Positions 1 through 6,409 of a stretch of 64,000 bases of DNA are shown piece after piece. The stretch covers positions 30,163 through 94,162 of the forward strand of contig MELC01000044.1 of NCBI GenBank assembly GCA_001767455.1, read 5' to 3'. The DNA is from Acidobacteria bacterium RIFCSPLOWO2_12_FULL_66_21. Lineage in GTDB: Bacteria; Acidobacteriota; Vicinamibacteria; Vicinamibacterales; 2-12-FULL-66-21. The notes under the pieces are model-generated. The model was not told where the DNA came from. It ran no database searches and was given only the letters and a program-made list of their open reading frames with translations. Each line of letters begins with the position of its first letter. Within the stretch, counting starts at the first letter, position 1. The translations under genes and the position numbers were made by a program.

Positions 1-54
1 TTGAGGTCTTCCACGATCTCGTCGCGCGCGGCGCTCGCGCCCGCGCGCTTCTTG

Positions 55-606
55 TCAGGTGGCATATTTGAGCTCGTCAATCAGGCATTGACCTTTGCAC
101 ACGCCGCACGTGCGACTCGCCGGGCACGACGCCTGGAATGCGCGAAACTGCCTCAGGAACTGCCGGCTGACTGGCGCGCCCGACGTCAGAAACTGCAGGA
201 AATGCACGAGCCGCTGGCCCGTCGAGTGGCTGATGAGGTGCTCGATCTTGCAGCTGTCGATCTCGGCCTGCGCCTCGGCAATGCCCAACACATCACGCAG
301 GAATGTCTTGACGATGACCCGCTTCGCCATGACCGAGTGAACGACCCTGAGACCCTTCGGCGAGAGCTTGACGAGGCGATGTTCGTCCGTCTGCACCCAG
401 CCGCGCTTCTTGAGTGTTCGCAGGTTGATCGAGACGCTCCCGCGCGTGATGTTCAGGCGGCGGGCGATGTCGGACACGCGCGCCCAGCCCCCGTAGGCCT
501 CCCCCACTTCGTAAATCGCGAGCAGGTGATGTGCGGCGCTGTGCGTCAGCTCGTTGGCTTCGAATTCCTTCCACGTGTCCATGGCGTTGTTTGATATATC
601 ATACAC
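55..606 (-). CDS. DtxR/MntR-family metal-dependent transcriptional repressor
   Basis: 183-aa ORF. Winged-HTH 'WARVSDIARRLNITRGSVSINLRTLKKRGWV' is followed by a DtxR-type dimerisation/metal region 'RVVHSVMAKRVIVKTFLRDVLG...SCKIEHLISHSTGQRLVHFLQFL'. Unusual Cys-rich tail 'CPASRTCGVCKGQC'. Alternative start at 582. Confidence 0.8.
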   Translation of the reverse strand: MYDISNNAMDTWKEFEANELTHSAAHHLLAIYEVGEAYGGWARVSDIARRLNITRGSVSINLRTLKKRGWVQTDEHRLVKLSPKGLRVVHSVMAKRVIVKTFLRDVLGIAEAQAEIDSCKIEHLISHSTGQRLVHFLQFLTSGAPVSRQFLRQFRAFQASCPASRTCGVCKGQCLIDELKYAT

Positions 607-617
607 GCGATTGGGTT

Positions 618-637
618 GTCAAATTATTCACTTTGAC
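618..637. promoter_or_regulatory. Inverted repeat GTCAAA-N8-TTTGAC in an AT-rich patch just upstream of the DtxR-like gene (candidate operator/promoter)
   Basis: GTCAAA (618-623) and TTTGAC (632-637) are reverse complements. They lie 12-31 nt upstream of the repressor start at 606, in a locally AT-rich stretch of a GC-rich genome. Confidence 0.3.
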
Positions 638-679
638 TGGCTCGCAGAACATCGGGCACATCTTCTTGATCTCCTTTGA

Positions 680-1129
680 AGCACGACTCGCACAGCGAGC
701 CGCTCGACGTCCAACTTCCCTAATACACCGGGCACCCGGTTCTCGCTCGTACTGGACATCACGCCGGGGCCGAAAATCCACGTGTACGCTCCGGGCGCGA
801 CCGGGTACAAACCGATCGCGCTGAGCCTCGAACCGCAGCCCGGTGTCGTTCTCAGGGAGACTCACTACCCGAAGTCGGAGGTGTACTTCTTCCAGCCGCT
901 CGACGAACGGGTGCCCGTGTTTCAGCGGCCGTTTCGCGTCGTGCAGGACGTCATGCTCGACGCGTCGCGGGATGGCGCGGCTGCACTTCAGGGGAAGACG
1001 AGCGTCACGATCACCGGCACGCTGAACTACCAAGCCTGCGATGACAAGATCTGCTTCACCCCGAAGTCGGTACCACTCACGTGGACGATTGGCGTGAGGC
1101 CGCTCGACCGCGAGCGGGTGAAGCGGTAG
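680..1129 (+). pseudogene. DsbD N-terminal (thiol:disulfide interchange) domain-like fragment, lacking its 5' end and signal peptide
   Basis: Frame is open from 680 (after TGA 677-679). Translation 'FSLVLDITPGPKIHVYAPGATGYKP...TGTLNYQACDDKICFTPKSVPLTW' matches the DsbD-N/DsbC-like fold motifs (HVYA..., YQACdd.iCf.P). There is no ATG and no signal peptide; the only in-frame start is GTG 782, inside the domain. Confidence 0.5.
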
Positions 1130-1254
1130 TCAAGACTCGAGGCGCACAGGCTCTCGATTGCTACCGCGGCTTCAGAACGGCCATCTGCAATCCGGGGGAA
1201 ATCCGGCGCTTGACTTGGCTGGCCACGGGTCCATACTGAGCCCGATCCGTACCA

Positions 1255-1496
1255 GTGAGAACAACCTGCTTGCGGCGCAGCACAGCGACCTCGCTGGCGG
1301 CTCTGTGGCTGACGACGGCCGCGCCCGCTCAATCGCCGGCGAGCACGGCATCCGCCTTCCGCGCGAATGCGCAGCATACCGGAGCCTTCGACGCACCGGG
1401 CGTCCCACAACTCAACGGCCTCGTCTGGAAGTATCAAATCGAGGGACGGTGAGGGCGGTCGTCAACCGCGGGCGCCGGCTCACCGTAAAGAGCTGA
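1255..1496 (+). pseudogene. PQQ-like/BamB-like beta-propeller protein, N-terminal remnant (signal peptide plus first blade, then frameshift and stop)
   Basis: 'MRTTCLRRSTATSLAALWLTTAAPAQS' is a signal peptide. 'FRANAQHTGAFDAPGVPQLNGLVWKYQIEG' is typical of the start of PQQ-like propellers. TGA at 1450-1452. Propeller-like sequence 'GTVRAVVNRGRRLTV' continues in another frame and stops at 1496. Confidence 0.45.
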
Positions 1497-1534
1497 CCAT
1501 TGTCCCACAGGGACTTGCTGATTCTTCAGGCTCG

Positions 1535-1558
1535 AAACCGCGGGTAGTGGTCAAGTTT
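1535..1558. repeat. Left end of transposon: 8-bp target-site duplication AAACCGCG (1535-1542) plus 16-bp terminal inverted repeat GGTAGTGGTCAAGTTT (1543-1558)
   Basis: Exact reverse-complement match to 4744-4759. The identical 8-mer flanks both ends on the outside. Confidence 0.85.
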
Positions 1559-1598
1559 CAGCCGCGACTACGGAACGAGGATCTCGTAGTCGCGGCTG
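1559..1598. terminator. Perfect 14-bp stem / 12-nt loop hairpin directly inside the left TIR, 3' of the 83-aa ORF
   Basis: CAGCCGCGACTACG (1559-1572) pairs with CGTAGTCGCGGCTG (1585-1598). It lies 12 nt beyond the stop of the minus-strand ORF 1610-1861. No U-tract follows, so it could be a terminator, an insulator or a transposase-end structure. Confidence 0.4.
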
Positions 1599-1609
1599 AT
1601 GGTCCCCTG

Positions 1610-1861
1610 CTAGGCAGCCTTCGGCTGCGCGATCAAGTTGCGGTACGCGTAATTGTCCGGCATCTCGGTAACGAGAATGCGGTCATTGGCGTCCATGTGC
1701 TTGATGCAGTAGTTGGCAATGGCCAGCGGGGTCGAGTTGCTGTGATTGACCGTCCATTCGGACTCCAATACGCGGACCGCGCCGAGGTCAGCCAGCGCCT
1801 GCCAGAGTGGCTTGTAGTCCTTGCCGGGGGTGATCAAGTCGTACGAGATTAGGTAGCGCAT
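1610..1861 (-). CDS. Small (83 aa) hypothetical protein with a predicted ferredoxin-like (Cas2/VapD-like) beta-alpha-beta-beta-alpha-beta pattern; transposon passenger
   Basis: 'MRYLISYDLITPGKDYKPLWQALADLGAVRVLESEWTVNH...DANDRILVTEM' shows alternating hydrophobic strand/helix periodicity like stand-alone Cas2-type proteins. The assignment is tentative. Confidence 0.5.
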   Translation of the reverse strand: MRYLISYDLITPGKDYKPLWQALADLGAVRVLESEWTVNHSNSTPLAIANYCIKHMDANDRILVTEMPDNYAYRNLIAQPKAA

Positions 1862-2108
1862 GGGTCGAGGCCCTCACGGCTGGTTAACGAAAGCCGTTGA
1901 CAGATCTCGACTGAGCGCGCTAATCTTGGGTTGTATTCGTTCCCAATCGAAGCTCGCAAGTCCGGGCGATTCAGTCTGAAGCTGAATCGCCCGTTCTGCG
2001 TACGACCTGCCCGCGCTGGCCGTGCAGCTCAGGCGATCGAATTATACCAGCGTTGACGCCTTTTCTTCGCCCCAAGATTTTGGGGTAGGCGACTCGCCCT
2101 AGCGGATT

Positions 2109-2956
2109 CTAAGCGGCGCGTGTCTCCGTCGCGTCGAGCAGCCCCACGATTTCAGCGATGGACCACACGTGCGACGAGATGCCAGCTTCCATAGCGGGCG
2201 TCACGCGGAGCGTCTGATGCACGCGGCAGAAGTTGTAGTGCATGAAATGTAGCGCGACGGCCGCTTCGTGATTCGCCAGCTTCTTGGAGAAGCCATTCGT
2301 CAGACGAGTGAACCGGCGCATCCCCATCCGCATCGTGAGATTCTGACGCTCGACGTACGACGTGCTGATGTACTTCGGATTCGGGTTGCCTGTTATTACC
2401 TCCGTCGTGCTGCTGAGAATCTTAGCCGGGCTGTACCGCGTCTCGTTCTCAGGCGCGGCCCCGTAAACCTTCGTCAGCATCGCACGTAATCCACGTCTGC
2501 GCCGAATGCATCCTCGACCGCGTTGATGTACACCTTGTGGCCGTCCGTCGTGAGCTGCACGCGCGTGCAAATACGACTCGCCACGTCGTTCATGAACGTG
2601 AACGCCGACCCCGCATCGCGCGAACCTACGAGCCACGACACGATCAACTTGCTGTTCGCGTCGAGCGCCGTCCAGGTCCACACGTCGCCGAATCCGAAGG
2701 TGCCGCGCTTTTCCTCGGGAACGTTCTTCGCCTTCGCGTAGCAGAACTGCCAAATCTCATCGTACTCGATCCGCTTGCTGCGCAGGTCATGCACGGTCTC
2801 CGAGTGATACCGCGCGCACGCATCGCCAAGCTCCGCCAGCAGCTTGAGGATCGTCGGCTTGGAGACGTTCGTCATGCGCGCCGTCGCGCGGACGCTGTTT
2901 CCCTCGACGAGCGCCGCGACAACCGCAACCCGCTTGGCCGTGCTCAGCTTGTTCAT
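2109..2956 (-). pseudogene. IS1-family DDE transposase, split by a -1/+2 frameshift near 2478-2485
   Basis: Two overlapping ORFs (2474-2956 and 2109-2753). HTH 'NSVRATARMTNVSKPTILKLL'. 'EYDEIWQFCYAK', 'LTTDGHKVY' and 'YVERQNLTMRMGMRRFTRLTNGFSKKLANHEAAVALHFMHYNF' are collinear with E. coli IS1 InsB ('EMDEQWGYVGAK', 'MTDGWPLY', '[38 protein letters not shown]'). The frames join at 'GADVDYVRC*' / 'MLTKVYG', and no slippery heptamer is visible. Confidence 0.85.
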
Positions 2957-3080
2957 AAGAGTAATATACTTGAGCGGTCAAGCATTATCAAGTACTGATA
3001 TGCAGTAGTATCCAAGCCGATAATCGAACTGTACTTTCCTTGAAGCGCATGGTACGATCAAAAGGCGAAGGCTTCTGAGA

Positions 3081-3899
3081 ATGGCTCTGCTCAGGGTTCG
3101 GATTGAACTCAAGCGGGACGGCAAAGGCATTGAATTGCCAAAGCTGGCGGAGCTGTCACGAGAAGGCCAAAAACTCCTGCGGATGGTCGCTGAGGACTCT
3201 GAGTTGCCCCAACAGGGCACTTGGGTGGCTCAGGACTTCTACAACCAAGGCATCGGATTCGATGCGCTCTACGAACAAACCGACGTCGATGAGCAGCAGG
3301 CTAATGCGTACCTGCGGTTGCTGGATCACGTCGTGACGGCGGGTCCAGAAAGCAACTGGCACATTCCGGGCGTTCGTCCTGCGACGTTGGTGCAATCAGC
3401 CAGGGTCGCAAAGGTCGCTGGCGAGCATGAGCTGGTACGGCTCGGTGTGTACAACGGCGGCCCTTCCGTGCAATGGAAACCCCTGGCGAAGACCCGCGCC
3501 GAAATGATCATCGAGCATTTCGAGTCGGTTATTGAGTACCGAGGGATGGTGCAGGGGATCATCCACTCGCTGTACAAAGAATCGCAGCCGCCGTATTTCG
3601 ACATCAGAGACATCGCCAGCGGCGACCTGATCAAGTGCTATTACTCTGTGCCTCAGTACCGTGACGTTCACGCTGTCCTGCAACGCCGAGAGGCGGTCGT
3701 TATTGTCGCCGGCTGGATTCGGGCGAAGCGTCTGGACCGCGAGATTCAAGACCTTCGGGTTGAACAAATCCAATCAACCGATCCCCTCAGTCAAAAGCAG
3801 CTTGAGTCTTTCTTTGGGTCGGCGCCAGGATGGACCGGCGATTTGACCACTGATGATTTCATTGAGCGCGCGAGGCGCAGCAGCACTGATGGCGAATAA
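3081..3899 (+). CDS. Orphan 272-aa protein with an antitoxin-like C-terminal tail; putative partner of the downstream PIN nuclease
   Basis: No domain recognised over about 240 aa. The C-terminus 'LESFFGSAPGWTGDLTTDDFIERARR' resembles the 'FGSAKG...DDFD' tails of DUF2281-type PIN-partner antitoxins. The stop overlaps the PIN start by 11 nt. Confidence 0.6.
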   Translation: MALLRVRIELKRDGKGIELPKLAELSREGQKLLRMVAEDSELPQQGTWVAQDFYNQGIGFDALYEQTDVDEQQANAYLRLLDHVVTAGPESNWHIPGVRPATLVQSARVAKVAGEHELVRLGVYNGGPSVQWKPLAKTRAEMIIEHFESVIEYRGMVQGIIHSLYKESQPPYFDIRDIASGDLIKCYYSVPQYRDVHAVLQRREAVVIVAGWIRAKRLDREIQDLRVEQIQSTDPLSQKQLESFFGSAPGWTGDLTTDDFIERARRSSTDGE

Positions 3900-4617
3900 G
3901 CCTCGCGTGTATATCGACTCGTGCTCATACATCGATGTGGCCAAGGGGCGCACAAAAGCCGCGTGGAAGACGGGAGAGGAAGACAGAGCGCAGCAGCTTT
4001 GGTTTATCGAGACGCTGTTGGTAGCGGCGCTCAACGGCGACGTAGAGATCTACGGTTCGACATTGATCCTGGTCGAGTGTCTATTTACCGAAACTCGCGA
4101 AGCGATCCCGGAAGAAACCAAAGAACTCTTCAAGAATCTGCTGTCCGCTGGAAATCCAGTACGCCAGGTTGCCGTTGACCCCTTCATTGCTGAACGGGCA
4201 AGGGATCTTCTGTGGCGCGATGGAATCATGTGTGGAGGGTCAGCAGATCAGGTTCATGTGGCAACAGCGCTGGAACTCCATTGCGAAGAGTTCATTACGA
4301 CCAACAGGAAGAAAGGCCCGCTCCAACCATCTGTCGCGTCACAATTGGTGAAACATGGTTTGCGCGTGATTCTGCCGGATCAAACGCAGTGCATTCCAGA
4401 AGCCTACAAAAAGCCGATTCTTGAGGCGGCCGGAGACTCTATCCGGATTTCCGCCTCCACCGTGCCGACGCCGCCCGTTTCGCAATCTCCTGGCGACGAG
4501 CAGGCGAAAGAGCCCGAGCCCGCGCCACTCCGCCGCGCAATCCGCCTCGGCGGCCCAGAGCCACCGCCGCCGGATTCTTCTCCGACCGATGCTCCGCCCC
4601 CTCGGTCAAAGCGATGA
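3889..4617 (+). CDS. PIN-domain (VapC-like) ribonuclease with a long Pro-rich C-terminal tail
   Basis: Acidic PIN quartet in the expected order: 'RVYIDSCSYID', 'LILVECLF', 'GGSADQVHVATALE', 'EFITTN'. The ATG at 3889 overlaps the upstream stop (ATGGCGAATAA). An alternative ATG lies at 3853. The last ~60 codons are antisense to ORF 4439-4693. Confidence 0.75.
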   Translation: MANKPRVYIDSCSYIDVAKGRTKAAWKTGEEDRAQQLWFIETLLVAALNGDVEIYGSTLILVECLFTETREAIPEETKELFKNLLSAGNPVRQVAVDPFIAERARDLLWRDGIMCGGSADQVHVATALELHCEEFITTNRKKGPLQPSVASQLVKHGLRVILPDQTQCIPEAYKKPILEAAGDSIRISASTVPTPPVSQSPGDEQAKEPEPAPLRRAIRLGGPEPPPPDSSPTDAPPPRSKR

Positions 4618-4693
4618 TCTGCTGAACGGTGTCGAAGGCGATCTCGTTCTCGTCCCTTGTTCGCGTTTTGACTGTGCTTGACCGTTTAGGCAT
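4439..4693 (-). CDS. Small basic protein (84 aa) with conserved 'KNPAAVALGRRGG...ARA..LS..RR.EIAKRAA.ARW' motif, function unknown
   Basis: From memory, the motif recurs in many short bacterial ORFs. Start taken at 'MPKRSS' (4693); the ORF track begins at 4711. Confidence 0.5.
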   Translation of the reverse strand: MPKRSSTVKTRTRDENEIAFDTVQQIIALTEGAEHRSEKNPAAVALGRRGGLRGGVARARALSPARRQEIAKRAASARWRRKSG

Positions 4694-4743
4694 GGACTCA
4701 GTATCGCACATCGGCGAACCGTCCGTCAGCCTGAACGATTTTC

Positions 4744-4767
4744 AAACTTGACCACTACCAAACCGCG
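4744..4767. repeat. Right end of transposon: TIR AAACTTGACCACTACC (4744-4759) plus TSD AAACCGCG (4760-4767)
   Basis: Mirror of 1535-1558. Confidence 0.85.
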
Positions 4768-4842
4768 CCGGTGTTTCCTCCCGATTGTCCGTGGAATTGC
4801 CCCTGTTGCCGCCCGAACACGCGCCGAGTCTTGTGGCCCGTG

Positions 4843-4949
4843 ATCTGCATCGCCGAGGGTAAACCATCCTGTTCCCCACACCGTCTAAGGGGAAGAACAT
4901 AGGAGCCCCGCCGCTATTCCTCGTCCAGGGAACACTGGATCGGCTGGTG
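4843..4949 (+). repeat. 107-bp direct repeat, copy 1: dead duplicate of the padR leader plus the first 17 codons
   Basis: 105/107 identical to 7529-7635. The differences are A4901 vs G7587 (ATG becomes ATA, so the start codon is lost) and G4942 vs T7628. Confidence 0.9.
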
Positions 4950-5017
4950 AAATTCCTCCGCTTCTTGTTCTCGACGAATTTGTCGGAGGTGCTGCTGGTC
5001 CAGTTCGCTGCGGCCTT

Positions 5018-5556
5018 TCACGTAGCACGAGTACCACGGCGGACGATCAGACCTCCGACGACGCCCGACACGATCGACCCGCTCAGGATTCCGACCTTGG
5101 CGGAGTCGAGCAAGCTCGTGCCATCAAAGGCGAGGGCGGCAATGAACAAGGACATCGTGAAGCCGATGCCGCCCAGCCAAGCGCATCCGTGCAACGCCGT
5201 CCAACCGACGCCCTCTGGAAGCGAGGCCAGGCGTAACCGAACTGCGGCCAGCGCAGCCGCGGTGATCCCGAGCGGTTTTCCGACGACAAGTCCGAGGATC
5301 ACCGCAAACGTCACGCTCCATCGTTGATCCACTGATGAACGCTGAGCGATAACCCATGTCCTCCCGCGGCAATGACGATCGTCGTCGCCAGAAGACGATG
5401 GTACGCGTCAGCCCACCCGGAATTGGCCACGATGAGCGCGGCGCACGCGCATGCGACAAGTAAGGCCCCTCCGGCGGCTTCCGTTCGAAAGAATTCTTGA
5501 AAGGGACTCGTTGAGCGGGACGGCGCTTCGCGAGCCCTTCGATTGCTGACCCTCAC
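5018..5556 (-). pseudogene. nhaA: Na+/H+ antiporter NhaA remnant (N-terminal ~75 aa joined out of frame to C-terminal ~100 aa)
   Basis: N-terminal part: 'SPFQEFFRTEAAGGALLVACACAALIVANSGWADAYHRLL...LSLSVHQWINDG'. C-terminal part: 'VILGLVVGKPLGITAAALAAVRL...LHGCAWLGGIGFTMSLFIAALAF'. The junction with frame change lies near 5311-5332. The central ~250 aa expected of NhaA are absent. Confidence 0.75.
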
Positions 5557-6058
5557 ACCGACGTCTCTTCCCAGCCCCGAACCGAATAGAGTAGCGGCCT
5601 GGTCCAGAGGCTCTCGAGACCCTCCAGGATATCGGACGCCCAGTTGAAGACGTTCCGTCCTGCGACCACCTTCCGCATGGCCCGCATACGCGTCGCCTGC
5701 TCCTCGCTCGTCATGTTTATGGCTCTTGCGAGGGCTGCTGCGAATGCATCGATGGCCACAGGCCCTCATTCGCGAAGCCCCCGTAGTACGCGGAGAAGGC
5801 GGGCTCCTCGAGCCACAGACGCCGAAGCACGTACGATGGGCTCTCGGGCGGTACCCGCACCTTGTCGGTCGCATCGACGACCAACCGGTCCGCCGGGCCA
5901 GCCCCGTGGGCGATCCACACGCCACCTCGTTCGCGCATCAGGGCGTCGAGCGCCACGGCGACACCCCCCGTCGCGGCTCTCACCGCAATTCGGCCATCCT
6001 CATCCCGGGTGTGGAGGTACGGCTCACGGTTGGACACGACGATGAGGGGGCGAAGCAC
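5553..6058 (-). pseudogene. otsA: Trehalose-6-phosphate synthase OtsA remnant (N-terminal ~100 aa plus C-terminal ~65 aa, internal deletion with frameshift near 5750)
   Basis: N-terminal part: 'LIVVSNREPYLHTRDEDGRIAV..TGGVAVALDALMRERGGVWIAHG...YVLRRLWLEEPAFSAYYGGFANEGLWP'. C-terminal part: 'IDAFAAALARAINMTSEEQATRMRAMRKVVAGRNVFNWASDILEGL'. The stop TGA overlaps the nhaA GTG (GTGA at 5553-5556). Confidence 0.75.
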
Positions 6059-6070
6059 GTGTACATCGAG

Positions 6071-6409
6071 TTCGCCTGCCTGCGCCAACCCCCGGCGAAA
6101 CAGAATCGGTCCCACGAGCTCGTGAATCGCGATCGACGCGACCAGCATCAGCTGCACCTGGTTGCCCCATCCCGGAAACTCGGTGGCGACGATGGACGCA
6201 AACCCCAGGGTAATCCCGGCCTGAGACACCAGGCCCGTCCACGCGTAGCTCCCGATCGGCTCGGGAAGGCCCGACAGCTTCACGCCCACCCCAACGCCCA
6301 GCCTGATGAACCCGAGTCGGACCGCGGACAAGGCGAGCGCGCTGAGCCCGATGGCGGCCACTGCGTCGAGCCGAAGGGTCGCGCCGACCGCTACGAAGAA
6401 AACCTCAAA
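6071..6409 (-). pseudogene. Cation:proton antiporter (CPA/Kef-type) C-terminal membrane fragment, fused in frame to the otsA remnant
   Basis: 'FFVAVGATLRLDAV...AWTGLVSQAGITLGFASIVATEFPGWGNQVQLMLVASIAIHELVGPILFRRGLAQAGE' corresponds to the last helices of Na+/H+-exchanger family proteins. No N-terminal part is present. Confidence 0.6.

Larger units (their letters stand above)
1543..4759. mobile_element. IS1-family-like cargo-carrying transposon (about 3.2 kb)
   Basis: Perfect 16-bp TIRs and an 8-bp TSD. The terminus GGTAGTG fits the IS1-family end pattern GGnnnTG, and IS1 makes 8-9 bp duplications. The interior encodes an IS1 InsB-like transposase plus four passenger ORFs. The interior contains visibly AT-richer stretches (e.g. 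2955-3060) than the flanks. Confidence 0.8.

Noticed and set aside
1-594. Long ORFs antisense to or overlapping the called genes. Examples are 1-594(+), 8354-8935(+), 9354-10631(-), 22193-23533(+), 39716-40870(+), 56226-58127(-) and 63171-63911(-).
   Set aside because: Their translations are Arg/Pro/Gly/Ala-rich and low in complexity, with no motifs. They sit opposite ORFs that have clear family signatures. This is typical shadow-ORF behaviour in high-GC DNA.
1211-1245. A sigma70-like promoter (TTGACT, 16-17 nt spacer, CATACT) upstream of the PQQ-like fragment.
   Set aside because: The match is plausible by eye but unsupported. The downstream gene is a remnant, and promoter consensus in this lineage is uncertain.
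1610-1861. The Cas2-like ORF as evidence of a CRISPR-Cas locus.
   Set aside because: No repeat-spacer array and no cas1 or effector genes occur anywhere in the 64 kb. The fold assignment itself is tentative.
2070-2085. The hairpin CCCCAA-GATT-TTGGGG downstream of the transposase stop as a rho-independent terminator.
   Set aside because: The stem is short (6 bp), and on the transposase (minus) strand it is followed by an A-run rather than a U-tract.
3004-3016. 'GTAGTATCCAAG', which resembles the left TIR core 'GTAGTGGTCAAG' and might define a nested cargo element spanning 3004-4759.
   Set aside because: Only about 9-10 of 12 positions match, there is no matching TSD, and no corresponding right end for a ~1.4-kb IS was found. 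It may be chance similarity.
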